Positions 10,939 to 20,001 of a stretch of DNA of 64,000 nucleotides are shown one piece after another (the first letter of the stretch is position 1; each line of letters opens with the position of its first letter). The DNA is from an uncultured Bacteroidales bacterium (GTDB lineage: Bacteria; Bacteroidota; Bacteroidia; Bacteroidales; JAGOPY01). The DNA lies in the NCBI GenBank assembly GCA_963701785.1, contig CAVPBC010000002.1, positions 533,093 to 597,092 on the forward strand. The letters run 5' to 3'. The notes below the pieces were generated by a model, which ran no database searches, was not told where the DNA came from, and was given only the letters and a program-made list of their open reading frames with translations. A program made the translations under genes and the position numbers.

Positions 10939-13900
10939 GTGTATGGAAACCAGCAAATAACTCAGTTCATGGTGAATAGTCCGGATATAAAACGAAAAAT
11001 TTTAAACTTTGCTGTCCTTAGTGTGTTATCCCTTGCCGCTGCGCTTATTCTCCAATTCGTTTCAGGCCTTGATAAGAACCAGGAAGTAAGCTGGCAAAAA
11101 GATGTTGCGGAAGTTCTCAGGATGAAAGAAGATAAGCTTCAAATGATCCTTGAAAATGTCCTCGATGAAAAGCATTACACCACGCCCTTCATCACCCTTC
11201 ATCGGGAACTAAAAGCCGACCTCTGGCAGGAAGAAGGTCTGTCAGTGTTTCTTTACCGGAATGATTCGCTTGTATACTGGTCCGATAATAATGTGCCTGC
11301 GGAGAATAATTATGAGGAAACCCTCTTTTCCAGGCCCTTTTTACATTATGGAAACGGGTGGTTCAGAGTTTTAACAGAAGAAAATAACAATCTAAACGCG
11401 GTAGGACTCATCCTGGTGAAAAATGATTTTCCTTATCAGAATGAATATTTAGTCAATGATTTTCAGAAGGAGTTTAAACTGCCACCCGGTATTGGAATTG
11501 ATACAGTTCCCGGAAACATTAATGTCAGCTCCCGGGAAGGTATGTTTTTATTTTCTTTGGCGCCAGATCATGGGCAGATCGCTTCATCAAAAACGAATTT
11601 TGTCATATTTATATTATCTCTTGTCTGTTTTATCTCGATAATTTTCCTGCTGTTTTACCTCTACCAGGTTTTTGATTTTTTCCGTCGTAACCATCTGCTT
11701 CTTTTTATGGCGTTTTTTGCAGATGCCGTCTTTCTCCGGTTTTTACTGCTTTATTTCGAAATCCCCGGATTCCTTTATAACACAGAACTGTTCAGCCCTT
11801 ATCATTACGCTACTTCTTTTATCTCGCCGTCACTCGGAGACCTGGTAGTCAATAGTCTGTTCTGGCTTTCGCTTGCCTGGATCTTTCACAGTAAATTCAG
11901 TTTTTCTATAGAAAACCTTAGAAAACCGGTAAAATATATAATCAGTTTTCTGATGATCCTTTTCTCGGGAGTTCTGTTTTATCTCCTTATTTCGACTTTG
12001 CGAAGAATGGTCATCGATTCCAATATAGAACTTAACCTGAATAGTATTTTTAATATTGATATATACAGCGGGTTTGGCTTCCTTGCAATAACCTCACTTA
12101 TCCTGGCTTTCTTTTTGGTCACTTCGCGGATTAGCATTATGGTCAGCAAGGGTGGAATAAAACTACCTGTTTATATTATGATGGCGCTGATCACGGCCGG
12201 GCTTGCAGTTGCTATATTTTCAAATGAATTAGCAGCGGGGCCCGGGCTGGTATACCCGGCTCTCCTGCTTATATACCTTTTGTCGTTTCTGTATTTTTTT
12301 AACAGGCCGGGAGGATTCAGGAACATTACAGGAGCGCTTGTTTACATAGTATTGTTTTCATTGATTGCCACTTTTGTTCTGGATTTTTATCATGGCGTTA
12401 AAGAAAAAGAGAACAGGAAAATTCTGGCAGCCGAACTGTCTTCCAAACGTGATCCCCTGATGGAATACGAATTTTCAAGGATGAAAAACCAGATGGTTAG
12501 TGATACGTCCCTGCTGGGAATGTTAAAAAACAGGGCAACGGAAGAGGAAACAGATGCCAGGATCATCTCCTATCTGGATGAAACATATTTTAATAGATTC
12601 TGGAATCAATATGAATTATTGATTACAATCTGCCAGAGTGAAGAAGTTCTAAGTATCCAGCCAGGCGGATACCTTTCAAACTGTTACGATTATTTTGACG
12701 GTTTGCTGGAAACACCAGGCGCTGAAATGATTAGCCCCGGATTATTCTTCCTGAATAACAAAATGGAGAATAATAATTATATCGCGGCCATTAATTTTCA
12801 AGACCCCGAAGCCCAGCAGGATTCAGTGAAAATCTTTATCGAATTGTTCTATAAATATATTTCCGAAACAGGCCTCGGGTACCCTGACCTGCTGATCGAC
12901 AAAAAAGTCAGGATCATTTCCGGCCTGTCCAATTACTCTTATGCAAAATATGTAGATGATAAACTCATTTATAAAAACGGTGATTTTTCATATCATCTGG
13001 GTTTTCAGAATTATGAATACCAGGGAGAAACATCTTATTTTATTGATAATGAAGGATATAATCACTATATTATCAAACTGGATGATTCCAACAAGTTGAT
13101 AATCAGTAAAAAGAATACGACATGGCTCGACCTGATCGCTCCATTTTCTTATCTCTTTATTATATTCAGCCTTTTCCTGCTTTTGTTCCTGCTTGGTTAC
13201 ATGCTGTCAGGCGGTTATCACCGGCTGGAATTCAATTTCAGCAACCGGTTACAGGTTTCTATTATTTCAATCATTCTTATTTCCTTTTTAGTTTTAGGAA
13301 TGATAACAAGATCCAACATTATACATCTTTATAGCAGTAAGAACCGCGATAACTTAAGCGAAAAAACTTTTTCCGTTCTGACTGAACTTGAGCATAAACT
13401 GGGAGAAGTACCTGTCCTGTCGGAAGATCTGCAGGGATATATCTCCGAATACCTGAATAAGTTCAGTGTAGTCTTTTTTTCTGATATAAACCTCTTTGAC
13501 ACAAAAGGTAACCTTATTGCATCTTCCCGGCCGCAGATATTTGAAGAAAAGCTGCTATCATATAAAATGAATACCGGTGCATTTTATAAGCTGGCATTTG
13601 AACAAAGCCTGTTATACATACAAAATGAAAAAATTGGCCGGCAGGAGTATTTATCCGCCTATATCCCATTCAGAAACAATGAAGACAAGATCATCGCCTA
13701 CCTGAACCTGCCTTATTTTGCGAAACAAACGGAACTGCGCAAGGAGATCGGGGATTTTCTTTCAGCCTATATCAATGTTTATGTTCTGCTGATCGTTCTG
13801 GCTATTATGGTAACCATTATAATTTCAAGATTTATAACCCGTCCTTTACAATTGATCAGGGAAAAACTGAGTGATATCGGCCTGGGAAAATCAAACGAAA

Positions 13901-14676
13901 AGATACAATGGACAAGAAAAGATGAGATTGGTAACCTTGTGGAAGAGTATAACAGAATGATCGATGAACTGGCTAAGAGCGCTGAAATGCTGGCCAGGTC
14001 AGAGCGTGAAAGCGCCTGGCGGGAAATGGCAAAACAGGTGGCCCATGAGATCAAGAATCCGCTTACCCCGATGAAGCTCAGCGTGCAATACCTTCAGAAA
14101 GCATGGGACGATAAAGTACCTGACTGGGAAAAACGCCTGGAAAGATTTACACGTACTATAGTAGAACAGATCGATTCTTTATCTGAAATTGCATCGGAAT
14201 TCTCAGATTTTGCGAAAATGCCTGCAGCTAATATTGAAAAAATAGAATTGACCGCGATTATTAAATCTGCAGCTGAACTTTACCAGCATCACCGTAACAT
14301 CAGGATCTCCATAAACCATTTGGAACAACCGTATTATGTATTAGCTGATAAGAGACAATTACTGAGGATTTTTAACAACCTGTTACAAAATTCCGTTCAG
14401 GCGATAGGTAAGAAAGATAACGGCTTTATCAGGATTGACATCTCGGGAGAGGAAACAGATTACGTAATTGGGATTTCCGACAATGGTACAGGCATAACGG
14501 ACGAACAGGCAGAAAAAATCTTTTCGCCGAGTTTCACAACAAAGAGCAGTGGTATGGGTTTAGGCCTGGCCATGGTTAAAAGTATTTTAACCACGATAGA
14601 GGGCAAAGTATCATTCAAGTCAGATCCTGGCGAGGGGACTACCTTTACGATCAGGATACCAGTCTGCAAAGGTTAA
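10939..14676 (+). CDS. Large polytopic sensor histidine kinase (many TM segments, HAMP, HisKA, HATPase_c)
   Basis: A 1245-aa ORF with a hydrophobic N-terminal half. The C-terminus has a HAMP-like segment, an H-box (QVAHEIKNPLTPM), an N-box (NLLQNSVQA), DNGTGI and GMGLGLAMV. The start could be the ATG at 10970. Confidence 0.85.
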   Translation: MYGNQQITQFMVNSPDIKRKILNFAVLSVLSLAAALILQFVSGLDKNQEVSWQKDVAEVLRMKEDKLQMILENVLDEKHYTTPFITLHRELKADLWQEEGLSVFLYRNDSLVYWSDNNVPAENNYEETLFSRPFLHYGNGWFRVLTEENNNLNAVGLILVKNDFPYQNEYLVNDFQKEFKLPPGIGIDTVPGNINVSSREGMFLFSLAPDHGQIASSKTNFVIFILSLVCFISIIFLLFYLYQVFDFFRRNHLLLFMAFFADAVFLRFLLLYFEIPGFLYNTELFSPYHYATSFISPSLGDLVVNSLFWLSLAWIFHSKFSFSIENLRKPVKYIISFLMILFSGVLFYLLISTLRRMVIDSNIELNLNSIFNIDIYSGFGFLAITSLILAFFLVTSRISIMVSKGGIKLPVYIMMALITAGLAVAIFSNELAAGPGLVYPALLLIYLLSFLYFFNRPGGFRNITGALVYIVLFSLIATFVLDFYHGVKEKENRKILAAELSSKRDPLMEYEFSRMKNQMVSDTSLLGMLKNRATEEETDARIISYLDETYFNRFWNQYELLITICQSEEVLSIQPGGYLSNCYDYFDGLLETPGAEMISPGLFFLNNKMENNNYIAAINFQDPEAQQDSVKIFIELFYKYISETGLGYPDLLIDKKVRIISGLSNYSYAKYVDDKLIYKNGDFSYHLGFQNYEYQGETSYFIDNEGYNHYIIKLDDSNKLIISKKNTTWLDLIAPFSYLFIIFSLFLLLFLLGYMLSGGYHRLEFNFSNRLQVSIISIILISFLVLGMITRSNIIHLYSSKNRDNLSEKTFSVLTELEHKLGEVPVLSEDLQGYISEYLNKFSVVFFSDINLFDTKGNLIASSRPQIFEEKLLSYKMNTGAFYKLAFEQSLLYIQNEKIGRQEYLSAYIPFRNNEDKIIAYLNLPYFAKQTELRKEIGDFLSAYINVYVLLIVLAIMVTIIISRFITRPLQLIREKLSDIGLGKSNEKIQWTRKDEIGNLVEEYNRMIDELAKSAEMLARSERESAWREMAKQVAHEIKNPLTPMKLSVQYLQKAWDDKVPDWEKRLERFTRTIVEQIDSLSEIASEFSDFAKMPAANIEKIELTAIIKSAAELYQHHRNIRISINHLEQPYYVLADKRQLLRIFNNLLQNSVQAIGKKDNGFIRIDISGEETDYVIGISDNGTGITDEQAEKIFSPSFTTKSSGMGLGLAMVKSILTTIEGKVSFKSDPGEGTTFTIRIPVCKG

Positions 14677-14688
14677 CGGTCCGGTTTG

Positions 14689-15831
14689 TCAAGCCATAAA
14701 CCTGATCAGGGTCCTGTAATCTTCCGGACTTAACCGGTGATGTGAGCCTTCAGTTTTGTTGGCTAGCAGGGTGCAGTAGATCTCCTCCCCTGTCAGCTTC
14801 ACATCGATTCCTATTTCATTCAACCGAACGGGTGATCCAATGGACCGGAACCAGGATTCAAGGCTATCTATGGCTTCATCTGGTGTTATGGTTTGAAAGA
14901 GATTTACACCCAATTCAGCTATGCGTTCCGGGATGCGGTCCCTGTGAAGGCGGAGCCAGGCCGGATAAGCGATGGATAAGGAAGCACCATGAGGGACATC
15001 GTATAGGACCGACATCACATGCCCGATGCCATGTACCCCCCAGTCACCCGATTTCCTCCCGTAAAATGTGAGATTATTGAGTGCGTTGGTAGCCGCATAC
15101 ATGATCTTTTCCCTGAGCAGGTAATTCCCCGGATCTTTCATCAATAAAGGACCATTTTCCAGCGCTTCGTGAATAACAGCATAAACAAAACGGTCTGAAA
15201 GTGAAGCCTCACCTTCCCCGAAAAATGCTTCCAGGCTGTGGGCTACCAGGTCGGTTATCCCGTAAGACGTGTAACTAGCTGGAACCGAAAGGGTATATGA
15301 CGGATCAAGGAAAGATTCTTTCGGATAGGTAAGCGGATCGCCATAGCCGAGCTTTTCTTTGGTTTTATTGTCCTGTACGACAGCAAACCTGTTCATTTCA
15401 GTTCCGGTTGCAGCAAGGGTAAGAACTGAGATTAAGGGGACAGCTTTTTGCGGCTTTGCCTTACCCTTTATAAATTCCCAGCCGCTATGCAATACCGGTA
15501 TGGTGATTGAAATGATCTTGGCTGAGTCGATAACACTCCCCCCTCCTACTGCCAGCACAACTTCAACCTTTTTATCACGTCCCAGGGCTGCTGCTGCATC
15601 GACGTCTTCAATGACCGGATTGGGCCTTATCCCGCTGTATTCAATAACCTCCGCCCCCACCAGCGCTAATTGTTGCAAAACCTGTTCGTAAATGCCGTTA
15701 TTTTTGATAGAACCACCGCCATAAACCAGCAGCACATGCTTACCGTAATTTGAAACAACTTTTCCGAGATCTTTCACGACTCCCCTGCCGAAGTGTAGCT
15801 TTACCGGGTTATATAAGATGAAATTTTCCAT
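14689..15831 (-). CDS. Iron-containing (group III) alcohol dehydrogenase, butanol-dehydrogenase/YqhD-like
   Basis: A 380-aa ORF with GGGSVIDSAK and the C-terminal histidine cluster (HGIGHVMSVLYDVPHG). Confidence 0.85.
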   Translation of the reverse strand: MENFILYNPVKLHFGRGVVKDLGKVVSNYGKHVLLVYGGGSIKNNGIYEQVLQQLALVGAEVIEYSGIRPNPVIEDVDAAAALGRDKKVEVVLAVGGGSVIDSAKIISITIPVLHSGWEFIKGKAKPQKAVPLISVLTLAATGTEMNRFAVVQDNKTKEKLGYGDPLTYPKESFLDPSYTLSVPASYTSYGITDLVAHSLEAFFGEGEASLSDRFVYAVIHEALENGPLLMKDPGNYLLREKIMYAATNALNNLTFYGRKSGDWGVHGIGHVMSVLYDVPHGASLSIAYPAWLRLHRDRIPERIAELGVNLFQTITPDEAIDSLESWFRSIGSPVRLNEIGIDVKLTGEEIYCTLLANKTEGSHHRLSPEDYRTLIRFMA

Positions 15832-15832
15832 A

Positions 15833-15888
15833 TAAACTGTTAAACTGTTAAATTGTTAAATTGTTAAACTGATAAATTGTTAAATTGT
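15833..15888. repeat. Tandem array of seven 8-bp units (TAAACTGT/TAAATTGT) filling the leader directly upstream of the alcohol dehydrogenase ATG
   Basis: Read directly. The array starts 2 nt from the start codon (minus strand). An (ATTCAAC)x3 array follows at 15921-15944 and contains the mnmA stop codon. Confidence 0.9.
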
Positions 15889-15929
15889 TCGGCAGTGCAG
15901 TTATATAAGAATATTCCCGCATTCAACAT

Positions 15930-17043
15930 TCAACATTCAACATTATCAGTAATTACTCCGCTTCCCAGGCAAATCCTCTTTTCTACATCATACACCACCC
16001 CGAACTGTCCCGGTGCCACACCTGCAATACTTTTCGCAGATTCAATCAAAAATCTCCCTGCCTCCCCGCTTCCCCGCTCCCCCGCTTCCCCGCTCCTTTC
16101 CATCATCGTCCCTTCGTTAAACTCCGGTTGATGGCGGATTTTGAAGAAGACCGGCTGGGGCACCGAATAGTCGCGGTCCGGTGTTTCATTAATGAAGAGA
16201 AAGTCGTCCAGCAAAACTTCTGTTTTATGCTGCGCAACCGGGTCGTAACCATTGGACACATAGACGATATTGGCTGGGATGTCTTTTTTCACCACAAACC
16301 AGGGCCCCTGGCTTAATCCAAGACCTTTGCGCTGCCCGATCGTGTGGAACCAGAAGCCTTTATGTTTACCCAGGATTTTACCTGTTTCAAGTTCGACGAT
16401 ATCCCCTTCTTTTTCACCGGCATAACGCTTGATAAACTCGTTATAATTGATCTTTCCCAGGAAAGCATATACCCTGGCTGTCAGGTCTTGCGGCACTGGG
16501 AAGTTTCAGTTTTTCGGCCAGCTTTCGCACCTCCCCTTTTTCAAACCCGCCTACCGGGAACATGGCCTTTGAAAGCTGGGGGTAAGTGATCCTGCCCAGG
16601 AAATACGTCTGATCTTTGCGCCGGTCTTTTGAAGTGCCAAGGTAATACTGCCCGTTTTGTTCCAGCACCCTGGCATAATGACCTGTGGCGATCTTATCGA
16701 AATCTTTGCCGAATTTATCCTCAAAACTGCCGAATTTAATAAACCGGTTGCACATGACATCAGGATTGGGGGTAAAGCCCTGACGAACCGAATCGATGGT
16801 ATAATTCACAACGCGGTTCCAGTATTCCTCGTGCAGGTTTGCAATTTCGAAACGGCAGCCGTATTTTTTCGCGATGAATGTCGTGATCTCGATATCCTCT
16901 TCCGATGGACAGTCCATAAAGCCGGGCTCATTATCCATCCCGATCTGGATGTAGAAAATGACCGGGTCATACCCCTGTTCTTTCAGCAGGGGAACGATCA
17001 CGGAGCTGTCGACTCCACCGGAAACGAGGGCGGCGATTTGCAT
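15930..17043 (-). pseudogene. mnmA: tRNA 2-thiouridine(34) synthase MnmA, one frame break near 16455-16470
   Basis: ORF 16441-17079 contains MQIAALVSGGVDSSV (PP-loop; true start at 17043) up to DSQGICF. ORF 15930-16496 continues with LGKINYNEFIKRY...APGQFGVVYD. There is an extra base in the TGCTTTCCTGGG context. Confidence 0.9.
16063..16094 (-). repeat. Four 8-bp GCGGGGAR words (read on the minus strand) inside the mnmA coding sequence
   Basis: Plus strand reads CCCCGCTTCCCCGCTCCCCCGCTTCCCCGCTC. It translates in frame as ERSGEAGERGSGEAG. The same word array occurs in inverted orientation at 18185-18216. Confidence 0.85.
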
Positions 17044-17086
17044 TGTGCAAAAGTAGGTAAAATCCGAAAGATCCCTCACTTCGTTC

Positions 17087-17118
17087 GGGATGACGAGTCA
17101 TCCCCGCGCAAGCGGGGA
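17087..17118 (-). other. Two overlapping, mutually exclusive stem-loops between the tdh-like gene and mnmA
   Basis: GGGATGAC-GA-GTCATCCC (17087-17104) and TCCCCGC-GCAA-GCGGGGA (17101-17118). There is no U-tract, so this is not a canonical terminator. Confidence 0.5.
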
Positions 17119-17129
17119 CCTGTCTGCGT

Positions 17130-18092
17130 TTAAATCAATCCCAGCTTGTGCTTCTCCCCGATCACCTTAAGCATATCGACCGTCATATTATCGAGCTTCC
17201 ATTTCGGGTTCCAGCCCCATTCCTGACGGGCGCAGCTGTCGTCCATGCTGTTGGGCCAGGTGTCGGCAATGGCTTTTTTCATCGGGTCGACGTCGTAATT
17301 CATGACGAAATCAGGGATATGCTTCTTGATTTCCTTATAGATGATCTCCGGGTCGAAACTCATGGCGGAAACGTTGAAAGCATTGCGGTGCTTCAGTTTT
17401 GACGGATCGGCCTCCATCAGGTCGATGGCGGCGTCGAGTGCGTCGGGCATATACATCATATCCAGGAATGTCCCGGCCGGGAGCGGGCAGGTGAATTTCT
17501 TTTCTTTTATAGCGGCGTAGTAGATCTCCACGGCGTAATCGGTTGTTCCGCCGCCGGGGAGCGTTACATTGGAGATAATACCGGGATAGCGGAGGCCACG
17601 GGCATCAACGCCGAATTTTTTATAATAGTAATCGCTGAGCAGTTCACCCGTCACTTTGGTAACGCCGTACATGGTGGTAGGGCGCTGGATGGTATCCTGG
17701 GGCGTGTTATCGAGCGGGGTTGTCGGGCCGAAAGCGCCGATGGAGCTGGGGAAGAAGATGGCGCAGTTATTTTCGCGGGCAACTTCAAGGCAGTTGAATA
17801 CACCGCCCACGCCGACATTCCAGGCCATCGTCGGGTTTCCTTCTGCAACAGCCGAGAGTAATGCAGCGAGGTTATAAATTGTATCGATCTTGTATTTCTT
17901 AACCACTTCGGCCATTTTCACCGCATCGGTCGCATCCACCATTTCCAGCGGTCCAGATTCTGCCAATTCTTTAGGGGGCATAGTCTTGCGATAACCGGCA
18001 ACCACATTCGATGATCCGTAAACTTCCCTTAAACGCATGGTCAGTTCCGATCCGATCTGACCTACAGCACCGATAACGAGTATTTTTTTCAT
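17130..18092 (-). CDS. NAD-dependent epimerase/dehydratase-fold enzyme, L-threonine 3-dehydrogenase-like
   Basis: A 320-aa ORF with a Rossmann N-terminus (KILVIGAVGQIGSEL) and a YGVTK catalytic Yx3K. Overall it resembles the GalE-like threonine dehydrogenases. A kbl gene is present at 42460. Confidence 0.6.
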   Translation of the reverse strand: MKKILVIGAVGQIGSELTMRLREVYGSSNVVAGYRKTMPPKELAESGPLEMVDATDAVKMAEVVKKYKIDTIYNLAALLSAVAEGNPTMAWNVGVGGVFNCLEVARENNCAIFFPSSIGAFGPTTPLDNTPQDTIQRPTTMYGVTKVTGELLSDYYYKKFGVDARGLRYPGIISNVTLPGGGTTDYAVEIYYAAIKEKKFTCPLPAGTFLDMMYMPDALDAAIDLMEADPSKLKHRNAFNVSAMSFDPEIIYKEIKKHIPDFVMNYDVDPMKKAIADTWPNSMDDSCARQEWGWNPKWKLDNMTVDMLKVIGEKHKLGLI

Positions 18093-18184
18093 ATTAGATT
18101 AGTTTTTGTGAAAAGATTAACAATTTGCGGCAAAAGTAAAAAAGATATTGATACTACAATGAGGAGGGGAAGAAAAGCGTGGGG

Positions 18185-18216
18185 GCGGGGAGGCGGGGAA
18201 GCGGGGAAGCGGGGAG
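18185..18216 (+). repeat. Four 8-bp GCGGGGAR words (G-quadruplex-capable), followed by GCATRG words to about 18262
   Basis: GCGGGGAG GCGGGGAA GCGGGGAA GCGGGGAG flanked by G5 runs, 93-124 bp upstream of the tdh-like start on the opposite strand. Confidence 0.85.
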
Positions 18217-18541
18217 GTATGGGGGCATGGAAGCATAGTGCATAGCGCGCAGAGCATGGAGCTTTTGCCCAGAGGGAATCAGCTATTGCAGAGATGATGG
18301 CCCCGGATTGTAAACAGTAAACTGCAAATTCCCCTTGAATTTCTCGTTGATATGCATTAATTTTATTGCATTAAACCAAATCTGCCAATCGACCCTTTAT
18401 AAGCGGAAATCTGAAATTATAACTTAGTTTGAAAAATTGTGAATATCATTCAGGTTTTAAAGGGTAAAGGCCATGGGTGTCATATGCTAGTTGGGTTTTT
18501 TTCTGAAAGAATTGACAAGTAAAATGAATATAAACTTAAAA

Positions 18542-18844
18542 ATGGAAACTATGAAAAATTTTTTAAAAAATTGTTTTCTATTAATGTTAGCCATATTTTT
18601 CCTATCCTCTTGCGGCGATTTAAATAAAGAAGCTGAAAAAAGACTTGATGAATTAAAAAACAAAACTGAGTCTTTAGATTCTTTGATAAATAAAGAAGTT
18701 GATAAAGTTTTAGCCCTTGATTCACTTATTAATAGAGAAAGTGACAAAGTAAAAAAACTTGATTCGATAATAAATAAATCCTCTTCAAAACTTGATTCTA
18801 TTTCAAAGGAGGGGGTTAAATTTTTAGAAGAAATAATAAAATAA
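18542..18844 (+). CDS. Small lipoprotein with four LDS(L/I)INK coiled-coil repeats
   Basis: METMKNFLKNCFLLMLAIFFLSSC gives a lipobox. It is followed by repeated LDSLINKEVDKV / LDSLINRESDKV / LDSIINKSSSK / LDSISK. Confidence 0.5.
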   Translation: METMKNFLKNCFLLMLAIFFLSSCGDLNKEAEKRLDELKNKTESLDSLINKEVDKVLALDSLINRESDKVKKLDSIINKSSSKLDSISKEGVKFLEEIIK

Positions 18845-18858
18845 AAAAGCAGTATACT

Positions 18859-19107
18859 ATGAAATGTCCAAATTGTAATGTGAATTTAGTAATGACAGAC
18901 CGCAGTGGCATAGAAATTGACTACTGCCCCGATTGTCGTGGTGTTTGGCTTGACCGCGGAGAACTTGATAAAATTATTGAACGTTCTTCACAAAATGTTA
19001 AGAATATGCAACATGATAGCTATGCTGATAAACGACAATATCCAACAGATAGTGACTTTCGTAATAAAAAGAAAAAAGGATTATTGGGAGAATTGTTTGA
19101 TTTTTAA
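18859..19107 (+). CDS. zf-TFIIB-type zinc-ribbon protein
   Basis: MKCPNCNVNL...DYCPDCRGVWLDRGELDKIIE (CxxC...CxxC plus GVWLD). Confidence 0.7.
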   Translation: MKCPNCNVNLVMTDRSGIEIDYCPDCRGVWLDRGELDKIIERSSQNVKNMQHDSYADKRQYPTDSDFRNKKKKGLLGELFDF

Positions 19108-19248
19108 TGAGATAACATGGTTTCCTATCTTCTTTAACTATTGTAAGATTTTCAAATATTAAATTCATGCAGCAAGTCACCGGCATGTTGGGGAGATGAT
19201 GAAAATAAAGGGATTATTGAAAAGTACTACAATATTCATGATTTCCCC

Positions 19249-19605
19249 ATGTGCATTGAAGCATATGTAAATGAACACGGGAAACTTATAATAAAAAGTT
19301 CAGTTGAATTATTGAGCATCACAGATTCAAATTGTTATAATTTGCCTGAAGCGGGATACAGCTCATATCCACCTGTTATTGATTTTAATGAATATACCTT
19401 GCTTGGATTCTGGACTACAGGTCAATGCGAAACGAAATTCATCAGGGAAGTTCTTAAAAATGAAACGGACAATAAATACACTTATACGATAACAGTCAAA
19501 GATTGCGGTACCTGTAAAAGTGAGAGATATGATGCCAATTTGGTTTTAGTACCAAAAATATCTGATGGATTCATGGTTGATTTTATACTTGAAGACAAGG
19601 ATTAA
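19249..19605 (+). CDS. Hypothetical protein, possibly a lipoprotein whose signal peptide is in another frame
   Basis: A 118-aa ORF. ATG at 19196 encodes MMKIKGLLKSTTIFMISPC in a different frame, ending just as this ORF begins, so there may be an indel in the CCCC run near 19246. Confidence 0.4.
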   Translation: MCIEAYVNEHGKLIIKSSVELLSITDSNCYNLPEAGYSSYPPVIDFNEYTLLGFWTTGQCETKFIREVLKNETDNKYTYTITVKDCGTCKSERYDANLVLVPKISDGFMVDFILEDKD

Positions 19606-20001
19606 TCTCCGGGTATAACTGACTCTCTTTGATGTGCAATCTTTATTAGAAATTTATTTATGGATGGGAGCTTTGCTATCTTGAGCGCCAGGCAGGGAGA
19701 AACGGGGATTTCAAGGCTGGAAAAGCTTATCGCTGAAAGCAGCAGGAATAAAAGGCTTTTCTGAAACTGGGAGCCATGGGTAATTTATTTCGTAAATGTG
19801 AGAAGAATACAAAGTGATGTTTAATTTGGGCCGTTGCAATCGTCCCAGAGAGACGAAAGAAAGCAATCTCTGAATTTATCTTTTTCTGCCGTCATTTTAT
19901 TCAACACGCATCAATATTGTTAAGGAACTGTTAATTGGTGTCATTTAGACACTTCCAACATTAACTTTGAATATTTAATGACCTTTTAACGGGATTATAA
20001 T

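Noticed and set aside
17130-18092. tdh-like and kbl genes as a split threonine-degradation operon of special interest
   Set aside because: The two genes are 24 kb apart on opposite strands. This is ordinary scattered metabolism, and the threonine dehydrogenase assignment itself is only moderate confidence.
16054-18216. Inverted GCGGGGAR arrays flanking 2.1 kb, considered as a possible invertible (phase-variable) segment
   Set aside because: One repeat lies inside the mnmA reading frame, so inversion would destroy mnmA. No recombinase is nearby and no promoter-like cassette is enclosed. The arrays are better explained as two copies of a word repeat.
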